From: Calcarisporiella thermophila CBS 279.70
Lineage: Eukaryota > Fungi > Calcarisporiellomycota
Direction: 5' to 3'
Assembly (NCBI RefSeq): GCF_041956535.1
Contig: NW_027192194.1
Span: 1,271,531-1,335,530 of the forward strand
DNA: 64,000 nucleotides
The notes beneath the pieces were generated by a model, which did not search any database, was not told where the DNA came from, and was given only the letters and a program-made list of their open reading frames with translations. The first letter of the stretch is position 1. The number at the start of each line of letters is the position of its first letter. A program made the translations under genes and the position numbers. Of the stretch, positions 13,081 through 24,937 are shown one piece after another.

Positions 13081-16000
13081 TCAAGTGAAATAGGACATCC
13101 TCGTCTCGATCCGCCAGGCGTTTGTATAGTACCTAACGTAGGCACGCAAAAAAGGGGCCCAACCGCGCCGCGGTTAGTTTAAAGCACTACTCCTACTCGC
13201 ACTCTTGGATACATACCCGGTGGCCAGGATTCCCCCCGCTCCCTTCCAGTCCATCTCCTTTCCCACGACCACTAAGAAACACAGGAAAAGTGGGCCAGTC
13301 AGCCTAAATCCAATGACCGGTATGGGAAAAGAGGGGCCATTCAGCAGCTTACCAAATTCTGGCAGCATCATGCTCGTTCTGCGTGGGAACATGCGCGCAG
13401 CCCGCTGCACCCCGGCTACGTCCGTGCCCACGATTCTGAGGGCAAGCCGCTCGCTCCCTAGGGGCTCCAGGTAGAGGGCTCCAAGGCCTGGGCCGGAGTA
13501 CTCTCGTTCGCCGACGTGAAGGACCCCCTCGGTCATGGACAAAGGGGGCTCGAACGCCTGCTCACCGCGCCTCTCCGCCACCCCAACATAGATGATGTTG
13601 CCTTTCGCCTCGGGTCGCTGGGATTTCTCGCTCTGCACCACGATCTCGCTGTCAATACCCCCATACAGGTATAGATCGTGGGCTATAGTCTGTGCCATGC
13701 GAAGATAGTCGGGGTCTTCTGCCGTAATGATGAGGACGGGGCCGGCCGATTCGAGAATGCGGACAATGGGCCCATACGTACCGGGGTGTCTTTCTTGGGA
13801 GCGCCAGCTCTCATCGGCAGTGTGCTACGTCCAGAGGAGAGTATTCGGTGAGACCAAATCGTCAATGGATAAACAGATCAAATATATCGGCCAAACTCTA
13901 CCCTCCATTTCCCCTCCTCTCTCACCAACCATCCCCCCTGCAGCACATTGCCACTTAGTTCCGTCCCATCCACCACGATCCCTTGTATCGGCCCTCTTCG
14001 CCCCTCCTCGGTAGGCTCGAAGGCCAAGCGCCGGACATTGGTTGTGTTGATGGCCATGCGGCCCCCGGTGGCTTCCACCTCCACCTTCCCCAAACGAAAA
14101 GGTATTTCGAGCTGCTCAACACGCACCCCCCCCTTGCTTCCCGTGTACGCTGGATTGAGGACCGAAAGGGTGAAGCGTGAGGGGAAACTTGGCATGCCTT
14201 GCGCGACCTGCCGATCAATATAGGCCTGCATAAAGTCGTCATCCATAACGGTATCGAACCAATGGCTCTGGTCAGGAACCTCGGACATTCTACAAGAGTT
14301 TGGGTTTTTTGTGCAGGGTTAAGGCTATGGGTAGGGAGGGGGGAGTTCTAGCGATATTTACCTCACTGGCGCGCTTATATTATGTGAGTGCTCAATGGCC
14401 AGTCGGACCAATTTGCGCGAATTCCAAGGAGGCACGTTATCGTCGATGGCGCCAGCCCTCGCGAGGATCGGTAATCCCACCAAATTCGACGTGTGCCGGT
14501 CCGCATCGTCCTGCGCAACCGCGCTCTGCAGAATGCCCAAGAGCATGGGATCGACGTGAGAGATACCGGCCCAGAGGTAAAAGGGCACGTAGTCTCGCAC
14601 CGTGAAACCCGCCGCCGGATTGGCTTAGAGAGTAAAGCGTCAGACAGGGTATCAGTGGATGCGAAGAGTAGGAACATTACCGGCTAAAACCAGATCGGGA
14701 TAATGCGTGATAAATCGCCATGCGCCTTGTCCCCCATTGCTATGCCCTGTGATAAAGAGCTTGTTTCCGTCTCCAACACTCTTCCACTGCTCCTTGAGCT
14801 GGGGCGGAATCCCTGGCATGTTCTTGATAAAATGGGCCAGAGCTCTGAGGACGTTGACTCGGCTCGCTCCGCCCCAGTCGAAGCCCCAGGGGGTGCGACC
14901 GGTAGGCTGCAAAACCCACATGTTCTTCTGCTGGCGATAGGCGCTTGTCCAGAAGGGCATGGACGCTTCAACCCCGGCCCCATGAAGGGCGACGAGGATT
15001 GGGCTTGTGGAGACGCTGGGTTGAAGTGGGGGTCGTGCCATACAGTATTGGACGGTTCCATCCGAGTCAAGAAAAGTGAACTGGTAAGGCTCGCCCCAAG
15101 TACGCTTGGCTAGCATCACAGGGTGGGTTAGCACTTGGTAGGTGTGGGTTGGCGTGCGGAGATTGAAGGAGAGTTGGAGCGTAATATTTCCTTGGACAGC
15201 CAATCCTGAATCTGGAGGAGTGAACTTGACGGGGATGAAGCGCTGTTGCGAGGGCGCAATACGCAAGGCTTGGTCATTCTCACGGAGCAGCTCCACTCTC
15301 AGGGGGGTCGAGTCGCCTACCACCTTGACCCCCGTCACTTCTTCCCACTCACTCTCTAGATTGAGCAGCGGAAAGCGGCCCAGCTCGCCCGAGAGCACCG
15401 CGTTTTCTACCACCTCCGGCAAAATTGCGCCGTCGGGGGGAACCAGCGCTCTCACTTCAGAGGGGAGCCCGGTGAGGGTACACCCAAAGGTGACATTATT
15501 CATTCCATTCATCCCAAAAATCCTGATCTCGTTGACGACCCGCACACGGATGGTGTGCTGACCAGGGGAAAGATGCAGGACGTGAGCAGCTGATTTGTAA
15601 GCATACCAGTCGCCGCTATACCGCTTGGAATCGACATAGAATTCACCGACATTGAAGCAGCGCGCGACCACCTTGGCCACGTTTTGGGGAACCGTGAACG
15701 TGCTACGCGCCCAGGATTGGAATTGCGACGATGCCCAGCCGAAGGGGATGCGGTTGAAATCCCACCTATTCAGATAGCGTTAGTTTGGTTGTTTTTGCTT
15801 ACTCTCTCCCCAGGAGTAGTGTGTTGAAAATGGGGCCCAGCAAGAGGTACTACGCACCGCACGTTATCATATTTTACCGGTCCAACGGTTTCCCGGTCCG
15901 ACATCGTGTTCACCTTCATCCAAGTGGTGAAGCCTCCATCCACCAATTCTGAAGGGTACATATCGCTCGGGTTATACGACAATGAGTCAATCCCCCCGAA

Positions 16001-16334
16001 TGCCTCTAGAGGGTCGGCGCCAAAATCCTGCTCGCGCATCCCAGTCGGAAATGGGCCCAGCACCTAGCCATTAGGAGATATCGTGTTTTAGGCTTATTAT
16101 ACAAAGAGCATGAGAAGGTTCATAGTCTTGCTGAATTACCTCCCATTCTGAGGGTAAGAGATTGACGCCGGTCATTGCTTCCTCTCTTTGAGGCTGTGGT
16201 TGTATCCCTGTTATGCATAAAGGGTCAATAAAGAGTCAACGCAATGGACAGACACGCGTACCATCACTTGGGAACGCCAAAAAACTAAGCAATAGCACGA
16301 AAAAGATCATAATTAATACAGTGTTAGATAGCAT
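13081..16334 (-). CDS. Large secreted alpha/beta-hydrolase (S9 peptidase/esterase-like), multi-exon
   Basis: Hydrophobic N-terminus MLSNTVLIMIFFVLLLSFLAF; LHGAGVE; nucleophile elbow GHSNGGQG; DDNVPP and HWFD. Exon junctions inferred. Confidence 0.75.
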
Positions 16335-16590
16335 GAGGATGGCCACGACTCCCAACCTTTTAAATAGTGGGCCACAAATGACCGCTTCAGGGAACAGAGG
16401 GAAAAAAAAATTACTGATTATTTTGCCACTCCCCCAAATTCCTCGGCATCTTAAATTCCTTCCCCCTTACTGGCGAGCGAAAAGAAAACGCCGTCACATT
16501 GTGACACGTCGACGAGGTTGCATCGCAATAAGGTTATAGCCAGTTGGGCATGGGAATGAGAGCACTTTATTTACACTATGCAAATACACA

Positions 16591-17998
16591 CTAGAGTTTC
16601 TCCCCGAGCAGCTGCTCCCGCTTATGCCACCGCACAATCTCCTCGTACACAGTCCATGCGATCGACGAGTTTAGGGTTTTGCGTAATAGCCGCATCGACA
16701 AGCCGTCAAAGAAGCCGATGAATCCTTCCTCCCGGTACACCTTGGCGGCCGACTTCCACGTGTTCGTGTACACCTGGGGCCTTAGTTGCATGCGTGTCTT
16801 CAGCATGTCAAAGGGATGGGTGATCAGGGTTGCGGAAATTCCCGCGATGACTCCTAGTTGGTTCGGAAAAGCAGTCAATAAGTGCCCGCCTCGTAATGAA
16901 GGGGGGAACAGAGTAACACTCTACCTGACGACATGTGCACCGCAGCAGGAGCGACATCGATCGAGCGCGTTGAAGCGTATGCTATGGGAGGAGGAGGAGG
17001 AGGAGGAGGGGAGAGAGTGAGAAGAAGTTCGAGCTTCAACACAACATGCTTCTAGCTCTTACAACTAAGGTGCCGTTTCATCGCCTCGTAGAACAGCACA
17101 TAGATTCCCGCAAAGGGTGCATCGCGCATAGCGGTTGCCCCGTATCCCGCAAACAGTCCTATAAAGACGCATGTAACTAGGAGGATACAGCTTGTTCAAA
17201 AGAACGCTCCATTTACCCTTGATACCCTCCTGTCTAACTATGGACGTCAGCGCATCGTATATGTTTCTATAATTGTAAAAGTTGCTCTATTCCGGTGCAA
17301 AATGAAAATGCAAAAGTTAAATTGCTTGGTCACTTCGTGCCCATGCTGAAAAACGTATCTACCTCATATCGTACTTTCACGATCGTGATCGGCATCAGCA
17401 AGAATCCCACCAGGGCTCGTGCTGTGGCACCCGCCACAAGATTTTCTCGATTAGATAGTGTGCCCGAGGGACGATGCTGCAGAAAGAATTGCCGAATTTC
17501 ATTTAGCGTAAAGAAGTACAGGGAAGATCCAGGCACATTTCTAATGAAAACGCGAAATGAAGTAGCAGGAGAATGAGCGGGTAATATTGGAGGAGTGATT
17601 TTTCTTTTCCGCAGCGCTTACCTGACTATCGTTGGAATGGTTCCTCTCCAGAGTCCGAGGGCACTTTCATTCTTAATAATGGATTGTACGGTTGTATACA
17701 GTGTACTATTATCAAGAGGGGGAGGGAGGGAGAAAAAAAAGGGGAAGGGAGAGAAGGAGAAATTATTCCATGCCCCTTACGAATCGATACGAGCAAAAAT
17801 ATCACACCTGTTATAAGGTGTAATTCCCTTTGTCCCATTGGCGGCCGCTTCGCGAAGAAATGCTAGGTGCTGTTGCCGCTGTTGCTGAAGGCGAGTTTTC
17901 AAAAGGTCGAGCGGCTGTAGTATGACGCAGGCGGCTAGGCCAGAGGTAGCACCAGCAAAGAGATGCACCGCGGGATCCACCTTCTTTTTTTCCGTCAT
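16591..17998 (-). CDS. HEM25: Mitochondrial glycine carrier (SLC25A38/Hem25 family)
   Basis: Three carrier motifs [22 protein letters not shown] and [11 protein letters not shown]; [14 protein letters not shown]; C-terminal IAWTVYEE typical of SLC25A38. Confidence 0.88.
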
Positions 17999-18231
17999 GA
18001 GGGCTTTTGAATTTAGGCTTGAATGGGTTGAGAAGTCGGAAATAGCACCGAGTTTGTATATATATATAGAGCTTGGTGATCCCGTCATGATTGTCAGATT
18101 GACTCGAATTCCGACGAGGCGCAGAAGGGGGGGGGAGGATTCTGACAAGAATTCGGAAAATTTTTGGTCCTTATTTACTCAACTGGACTACATCCGATAG
18201 ATCGAGGAAGCACCGCCTAGAGCTAGACACG

Positions 18232-19510
18232 ATGAGCGACTCAGAACGTAAGCAATAAAAAGATTAACCACCACCTCCAGTCCATTCTGCCCTATATCGC
18301 ACCTGCCCTTGGAATTTCGTTTTTTGATTGATATGGACCTCCATCTCAACGCTTTCCATCTGTTCCTATAGAGCAAAATGGCTACAATGAGGACAGCCGC
18401 TCCCCCACACCACGCGGGCCCTCCCCAGTTCAACACAGCCAACGCCGAAGCGCATCTCCAGATGAAAAAGATCACCATGCGCGAGAGAGAAGCCCCGAGA
18501 GAACTAGGGATGGCTGGGAAGGATCGCTATCGCCTGAACGCGAAAGAGAGCGATCACCTATGAGAGGACGCGACCACGACAGGAGGGACTACGAGAGGTA
18601 ATTCTTAGAGGATCGACGGAAGTGGCGGTCCCTAATTGATCGATCCACCGTGTTCTGTATTTATATTTATTCATATATGCTTTCTTGTTCTAAAGAGGAA
18701 GATCCGCCGAGAATCCCGGCAATAATCTCCACGTGTCAAATATCTCATCTCGGGTTGAAAAACATGAGTTGGAAGAGATGTTCTCAGAAGCTGGCAAGGT
18801 AATGGCGCATTTTGTAATTCGTCCCCCTCCCTTGCCCCGATTGGGTGCTGAATTTTATTTGCATTAGGTTGAAAAAGTAGAGATTGTGACCGACCCCCAC
18901 ACTCGGGAAAAACGTGGATTCGCATTCGTGCGCATGGAGACCATGGAGGAGGCCGAAAAGGCGATCGAGCTGCTAAGCGGGGCGCAGTTACATGGGCGCA
19001 CCATCACAGTGTCGAAGGTACTTTGGAATTTTTTTTTATGAGGATCTTTTTGAATGGGCTACTTAAATTGGCTTCGATGTAGGCCCGACGATCGAGAGCG
19101 CGAACCCCGACACCAGGTCGCTACAATGGCCCAACTTTCAGTAGGCGAATCCTTTAGTATGGATGGTTTATCAGGTTTTTATATATATTTTTGCATTTTA
19201 TTTTTTTTTAGCTGCTCGTAACCCTAGGGACCGCTTCACCCATGCCTACATCCCCCGGGGATCTCGCTATGATGACTACCATTACCGCCGCCCTCCCCGC
19301 GACGATCGTTATCGCGGCGGTGACTCCTATGGGGGCTATTATGGTGGCCGAGAACGAGACTATGGACGCGAGCGAGGTTGGCCGGATCGAGATTATGGGC
19401 GAGAGCGAGACTACGGGCGGGAGCGCGACTATGGTCGCGGCTACGACGAGAGATACAGGCGGGACTATATGGGACGGGGTTACGATGATAGGTACCGCCG
19501 CGATTATTAG
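18232..19510 (+). CDS. Transformer-2-like RRM RNA-binding protein with RS/RD-rich termini
   Basis: Spliced NPGNNLHVSNIS, DPHTREKRGFAFV (RNP1), ARRSRARTPTPGRY, then RERDYG repeats. Confidence 0.85.
19349..19445 (+). repeat. Coding tandem repeat (RERDYG / RDYG units, ~18 nt)
   Basis: Imperfect gagcgagactatgg-like units encoding RERDYG several times in the last exon of the Tra2-like gene. Confidence 0.7.
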
Positions 19511-19877
19511 TGGGTCAAAGGCGAGACACGATTTCGCTTCCACTTAAAAAGAGCCAAAGCAACCATGAGCTGTGTATGGATTTCAAGGTCCCCTCCCCCT
19601 CCCTAGGTGCAGTCTCTTTAATCTCTCTTTTATTCATGCATGCTAGTTCAGATATTAATAAATAATAAAAGGATTGTTTTGTATTTACGTAATTTGCTAG
19701 GGGGGAGTGTGATTAAACTGAGGTGGAAAGTAGATATGTATAAAATAACAATAGCCATTGTAAAGAGGATGGATAAATAGTAGGAACAAGAAACAATTAA
19801 TACTACATACACATGATTAGAGTGACCAAGAGAGAAGAGGAGGAGGAGGGAGGGGGGGGGGGGAGGAAGAGGAGGGC

Positions 19878-22549
19878 TTAGATTAGAGATTTTAAGATGT
19901 CCACAAACCACGGGCGCTCCTCGCTCGCGACCGGAACGACCACGTGGCTGAGGAGGGCGGGGTTCTGCTGCAGGTGCTGCAACGAATCCGTACGCTGTCG
20001 ACCGATGTGGAAGTGATTCTGCTCAAGGTCGGGGCCATACCCGTGGCTACCATGGTGGTGGAAGTACGCGTTGGCCGGGGGGGGAAGGGGGCGCGAAGGC
20101 ATTGTTTTTGGCGCCATGCTCATCGTCTCCTGCGGCGTCTGCCTTCTCCAGCCGGGTCTGCAGCTGCTTGGGCAACTCCTTTTGGCTTAAGCGAATGGGC
20201 GCGAAGAGGTTCGACACCGGGCTGGTTTTGGGGGGAGTGTTGACGAGGGCGTGGAAGGTTTGGAAGAGGGAGAAGGGGACCACACACACGTTGTCCGATA
20301 TAGCACGCGAGTTGAGGGCATGGTGAAGCGGTATAATGGCCTTGAAGAGGAGGGAGTAGGAGCGGTTGGCCAGCGGGATGATTTCGGGGTGGAGCGTCGC
20401 CTCGGCGGACACGACGGTGTCGCCGAATTGCTTCCCTAGCTTTTCGACGCTGAGGGCCGCGCTGTAGGCAAAGAGGCTGCGAAGCCGGTGGAGGCTGGGG
20501 TCGGAGTTGGGCGCCGGGCCGCCGGCCAGATGGCGCACCTCGCGCAGCGCACTGATCACCTCGGGGAGGGCCAGCCCCTGCAGGGACTGGGCCATCTGGC
20601 GCAGCTCGGCCACCGAGTCGAACTCCTGCGATTTTTCCTCAGGGCTGAAGTCCGGGGGCAGAATCTCCACGGTCGGCACTCTGGCTCTCGAGTCAGCATC
20701 GGCGAGGACGTGCAGGCCGCCCGCCAGGGTGGGCCAGACGATGAAGGCACTCGCGAACACACTGCCGGGCAGGTAGTCGGGCCGCTTCAGTCCGTACGTG
20801 ACGAACCGGTTCATGTCCTGGAACGACTTTTGCAGGACCGAGCCGGGCACCTGGAGGAGAGGGCTGACGTTGCGGGCCATGATGTCGGCGGGGCCGAAGC
20901 GGAAGCCGCGCGACGTAAAGTGGTCGGGGCCGTAGCGGTCGCTCGATTGGATTCGGCGGAGCAGGAAGAGCATTTGGCCCTTGCCCTCGGGGAGCATGAC
21001 GTTGTGCAGCGTGGCCAGAGCCTTCTCCGAGTCCACCTCCGGCTCCAGCGTCTGTTTGCCGTCCTTGGCCGGGACATTCCCACGCATGTAGCCGGTGGTG
21101 AGCATCTGGTCGTAGAGGACGCCGGCGTTGCCGAGGGGGACACCGAGCTCATCGGCAAGGCGCTCCGCCGTCACGTGGAACTTCTTGAGGAAGCTTACGT
21201 CGCGTTCGCGAGCCCCCTCCTTCTCCAGCTTGGCGAGGTCGCTGCGGAAGGCGCCCCAGCTCCAGGAGGTTTTGAAGAGGAACTGGAAGAGTGGGTGGGC
21301 GGGGGTGAGCTCGGCGTCGGAGCCCTGCTGGTAGAACTCGTTGTCGATGGTGCGGACGGGGATCATGCCGTCGTTGTACACGAGGATGCGGCCGTGCTCG
21401 TCGAAGTACGCGCAAGCAAGCACGATCTTCTTGACCCGAGACTTGAGCTTGCGCGCACGATGGTTGGCCACCAGCGCCAGCGTCAGCAGGATCAGGCAAC
21501 CCGAGGTGGCGATGCCGGCGATGAAACCGACCACGGAGTTGGGGGGGAGCACGGGGCCGACGTCCAGGTTCCTGTTCTCCCCGTTCGTCCAGTAGTGGGT
21601 GGCGCTCATGCCGCAGTAGTGCATGCCGCACACGGCGACGCCCATGATCAGGGCGCAGCCGAAGCGTTTGATCCACAGATCCTTCCACCGCGACTTGAGG
21701 TAGAAGAAAATGACGAGGGCGGCGCTGAGGGCCGTGACTCCGATGAAGAACGAGGCCACCACAGCGCCGACGTCATAGTAGATGCGGTAATGGGCGATGG
21801 CAAATTGGCCGACGTAGTGCTGCACATGAAGAAGAGAACGTTAGGTTTGTCGTAACATAGTCTTGGCAGTCATGCAGATATCAACTTACCATACTGGGAA
21901 TTCCGAGCTATTGAGTGCAGGGGGAGGGGGGAGGATGGATTCAAAGGCAAATGAAGAGTTGAGTTAGCATACACAGATTTGTTAGAACGGAATGGAAACC
22001 CCTCACGGTTACATACCCCGGCCAGGATACCGACAAGGCCAATACGCATCAGCGAGGCGTCCTCGACGCTACCCACGAAGTAGAATGCTATGCCGACGCA
22101 GAAGACGGCGACGAAGAACGATAGAAGCGTGTAGCCGGGGGTGTAGATGAGCTGGAGAGTGGTCGCGGGGTTTTCGCCGAGCACTAGAGCGTTATTTCCG
22201 ATGAAGTGCTAGATTGGATTGGGAAAGTAACAGAGCGCAGAGCGTAGGCAAGTAAGAAACAGCTATGGATAAGCGCCTCTCCTCTCTACACAGACAAAGA
22301 ACCATGCGGTCAGCTTACCATCGACCAGATCCCGCAGCCGCCCAGCGACAGGGCGGCTCCGAAGAGCAGGAGCCAGTTCTGCCATCCCTTCCGGGCGCTA
22401 CGGCGGTGGAGCAGCTCGAGGGTGGTGAAGGAGCCGATGACGGAGACGATGTAGGAGAGCACGATGATGGCGGGCTGGAAGCGCTGCGAGACTTCATGCC
22501 ACTCCTCGTCGGGAGATGTGGCGGCGGCGAGTTGCGAGAGATCGACCAT
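19878..22549 (-). CDS. MHYT-domain membrane sensor protein (C-terminus probably extends to 19878 through a homopolymer frameshift; in-frame stop otherwise at 20047)
   Basis: Three MHYT-type repeats: GIWSM|HFIG, GIPSM|HYVG (18-nt micro-exon LGIPSM) and VCGMHYCGM, followed by the fungal-type cytosolic region VLACAYFDEHGRILV..DG.IP. Confidence 0.88.
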
Positions 22550-23224
22550 CCTGGTCTTTCGCACAGAAGATGAAAGCAAGGATAATGAGGGAGGGGAATA
22601 GAGGGGAGGTTTCCGGAGAGTCGGAAAGAAAAGAAAGGAGAGGAGAGGCAAGAGGATCGAGAAATTTATTCTAACCGCAATTTATTGCTAAATGAACCGA
22701 TCGAAATACCAGAATCAATATTATTAAGTCAAAATGAGCCTGTGGTACGCACTCTGAAACCATGTGTCTGGTTGATAAAGACCAAAAACCTGAGCAATGG
22801 GGCCGGCGCAGGGCCGTGGCCAGAAATAGCAACCGTAGGAACCTTTTTTGAGGCCCAGAAACCAGCCCGAGCGTTCGCCAGTGATCTTCCACGGCTTGCT
22901 TGGACCAGACCCAGAAAGTGGCCGCCCTCTGACCAACCACCTGGGCGAGTGGTGACGCTGCCGGCCCAATTTGTGCATGGAGGTTTGGTAAGCGGTGGGT
23001 GGGGCCGGCCCAGCTTTCCCTGCACGGTGGTCACGCTTACCGAGCAAGGAGCCTCGGCCCCCATTGGTTCCGGCACGGAGCATGGCCTCGGCCAGCGCTG
23101 GCCATAATAGGGAGGCCAATGTTTCAATTTAATGCCGTTGGGCTGCCGAATGATTCGATTTCCTCTCCCCGTACCTATTCGCCGATTTCTAGCCCCTCGT
23201 GCCGAATACAGCCCCCCTCCCGGA

Positions 23225-24606
23225 ATGCGAATCTTGGTCCTTGGTTCGAGATGTTTACGAGAGGAGTACAAAATCCTTGAAGACAACCACGAAGTCACGG
23301 TACCTCTCCCTGCTAAGGATCCTCTGGGGGGCCTGCTAGCCACCCAGCCCTCGTGATGATGCTCTAACCCTCCCCCCTCTGCCCTAGTATGTGGACGTCC
23401 GGCAGCTCGACATGGCTCGGGACCGGCTCTTGCACGTCATCCGGGAGACCCAAGCGGACGTACTCCTGCGGACCTATGTTCCGGCATGGAACATGTCTTG
23501 GAGGGTGAGGCTTGATGCTGGAACATGTTAACAAATACTAATCACACGTGCCACCTTTCGACTAACGGTTTAGTTTGACGAGGAATTCATCGCGAGCCTG
23601 CCCCCATCCGTCAGGCTCATCGCTCTCTCCACCGCCGGCGCGGAGTCCACGCATCTGAGAGCGTGCAGGGAGCGCGGCATTCTGGTCAGTCATTCGGGCG
23701 GGGCCAACAGTGCTGGTATGAGCCCGACATTCCCACGCGACAGGGTGTCCGTGGTGCGTACTCACTGGTCTTTGTGCGTGTATTGACATAGCAACGGCCG
23801 ACACGACTCTCTACCTGCTGCTCTCCTCAGTCCTGAGGATGCCCCGAGCACACCACCAGCTGTCACAAGGTGACCTGACGCTTTTCGTAAGCACCGCCTC
23901 CACCGGTGTTTAACCCCACACCACATTCCTAATATAGGCAGGTGGAGTCAAGCCTATGAAACTCCTCGAGGCTTGAGCGAGCTCACTCTTGGCATCGTCG
24001 GTATGGGCCATATTGGCAAAGTAAGCACGCTGCTTCCAGCACTCGATGTCTGGAGCCTTCCCCTCCTCTTTCCTGCTCGTTTCTCACCCTCTCCCCTCTC
24101 TCAACTAGCAAGTGGCTTATCGTGCAAAAGCCTTCGGCCTCCGCCTCCATTACTACTCCCCCACCCCCTTGTCTGCCGAGGAGGAGCAGTCGCTTGCCCT
24201 CACCTTCGCCCCGCTCGACACGCTGCTGCGCACCTCCGACGTCATCACCCTGCACGTTCCCCTCACCCGCGCCACCTACCACCTGATCGATGCGGCCGCC
24301 CTGGCGAAAATGAAGCGCGGCGCCGTGCTCATCAACACCAGTCGAGGCAAGATTGTGGACGAGGAGGCCCTGGTGGCTGCGCTGGAGAGCGAGCACCTGG
24401 GAGCCGTCGGATTGGACGTGTACGAGCACGAGCCCCACGTGCATCCCGGTTTGCTGGGGCGACAGAATGCCACGCTCCTGCCGCACATTGCCAGCTTCAC
24501 CTCGGGCGCCTTCCGCAGCATGGAGAGAAGCGCGATTGAGAACGTCCGGGCCTTTGCGGAGACGGGCAAACCCCTCCATCCTATCAAGTACCAGGAGCAG
24601 CCGTAG
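23225..24606 (+). CDS. D-isomer-specific 2-hydroxyacid dehydrogenase (glyoxylate reductase-like)
   Basis: LGIVGMGHIG Rossmann motif, LHVPLT, MKRGAVLINTSRG, GLDVYEHEP, LLPHIAS. Confidence 0.92.
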
Positions 24607-24937
24607 CGTCGCACGGGAAGGGCGACCTTGTCTTAATTCTTTTTAATACTTTTTCGTACTATATAGATGTTAGACTCTAATTTAGATCCAACCTAATATT
24701 TTCTATTTATTTCATGGTTTAATATACATAATGCCTAACCTCCCCCACCCCCCCCATTTGGCTGAAGCTGAGCTCAACTTGGAGGAGAGACGGGATGGTC
24801 GGCGACACAAGGCGAGGAAAAGCGAATCTCAAGCAAAGACGAAAAAAAAAACGATAAATAATGGAAATAGGCACACGCAGGATAATGCACAAACGAAAAA
24901 TAGAAAATCGAAAAAAAAACACCGCTCCATCCCAGAA

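Noticed and set aside
19349-19510. Regular short repeats as a possible CRISPR-like array
   Set aside because: They are coding RERDYG repeats with no unique spacers, in a eukaryotic spliced gene.
20488-21855. 455-aa plus-strand ORF
   Set aside because: Antisense shadow of the very GC-rich MHYT coding exon; no motifs and no ATG-based gene context.
22820-22917. Three CCAGAAA copies in the MHYT/dehydrogenase divergent promoter
   Set aside because: Short, irregularly spaced, and not matched to a factor I can name.
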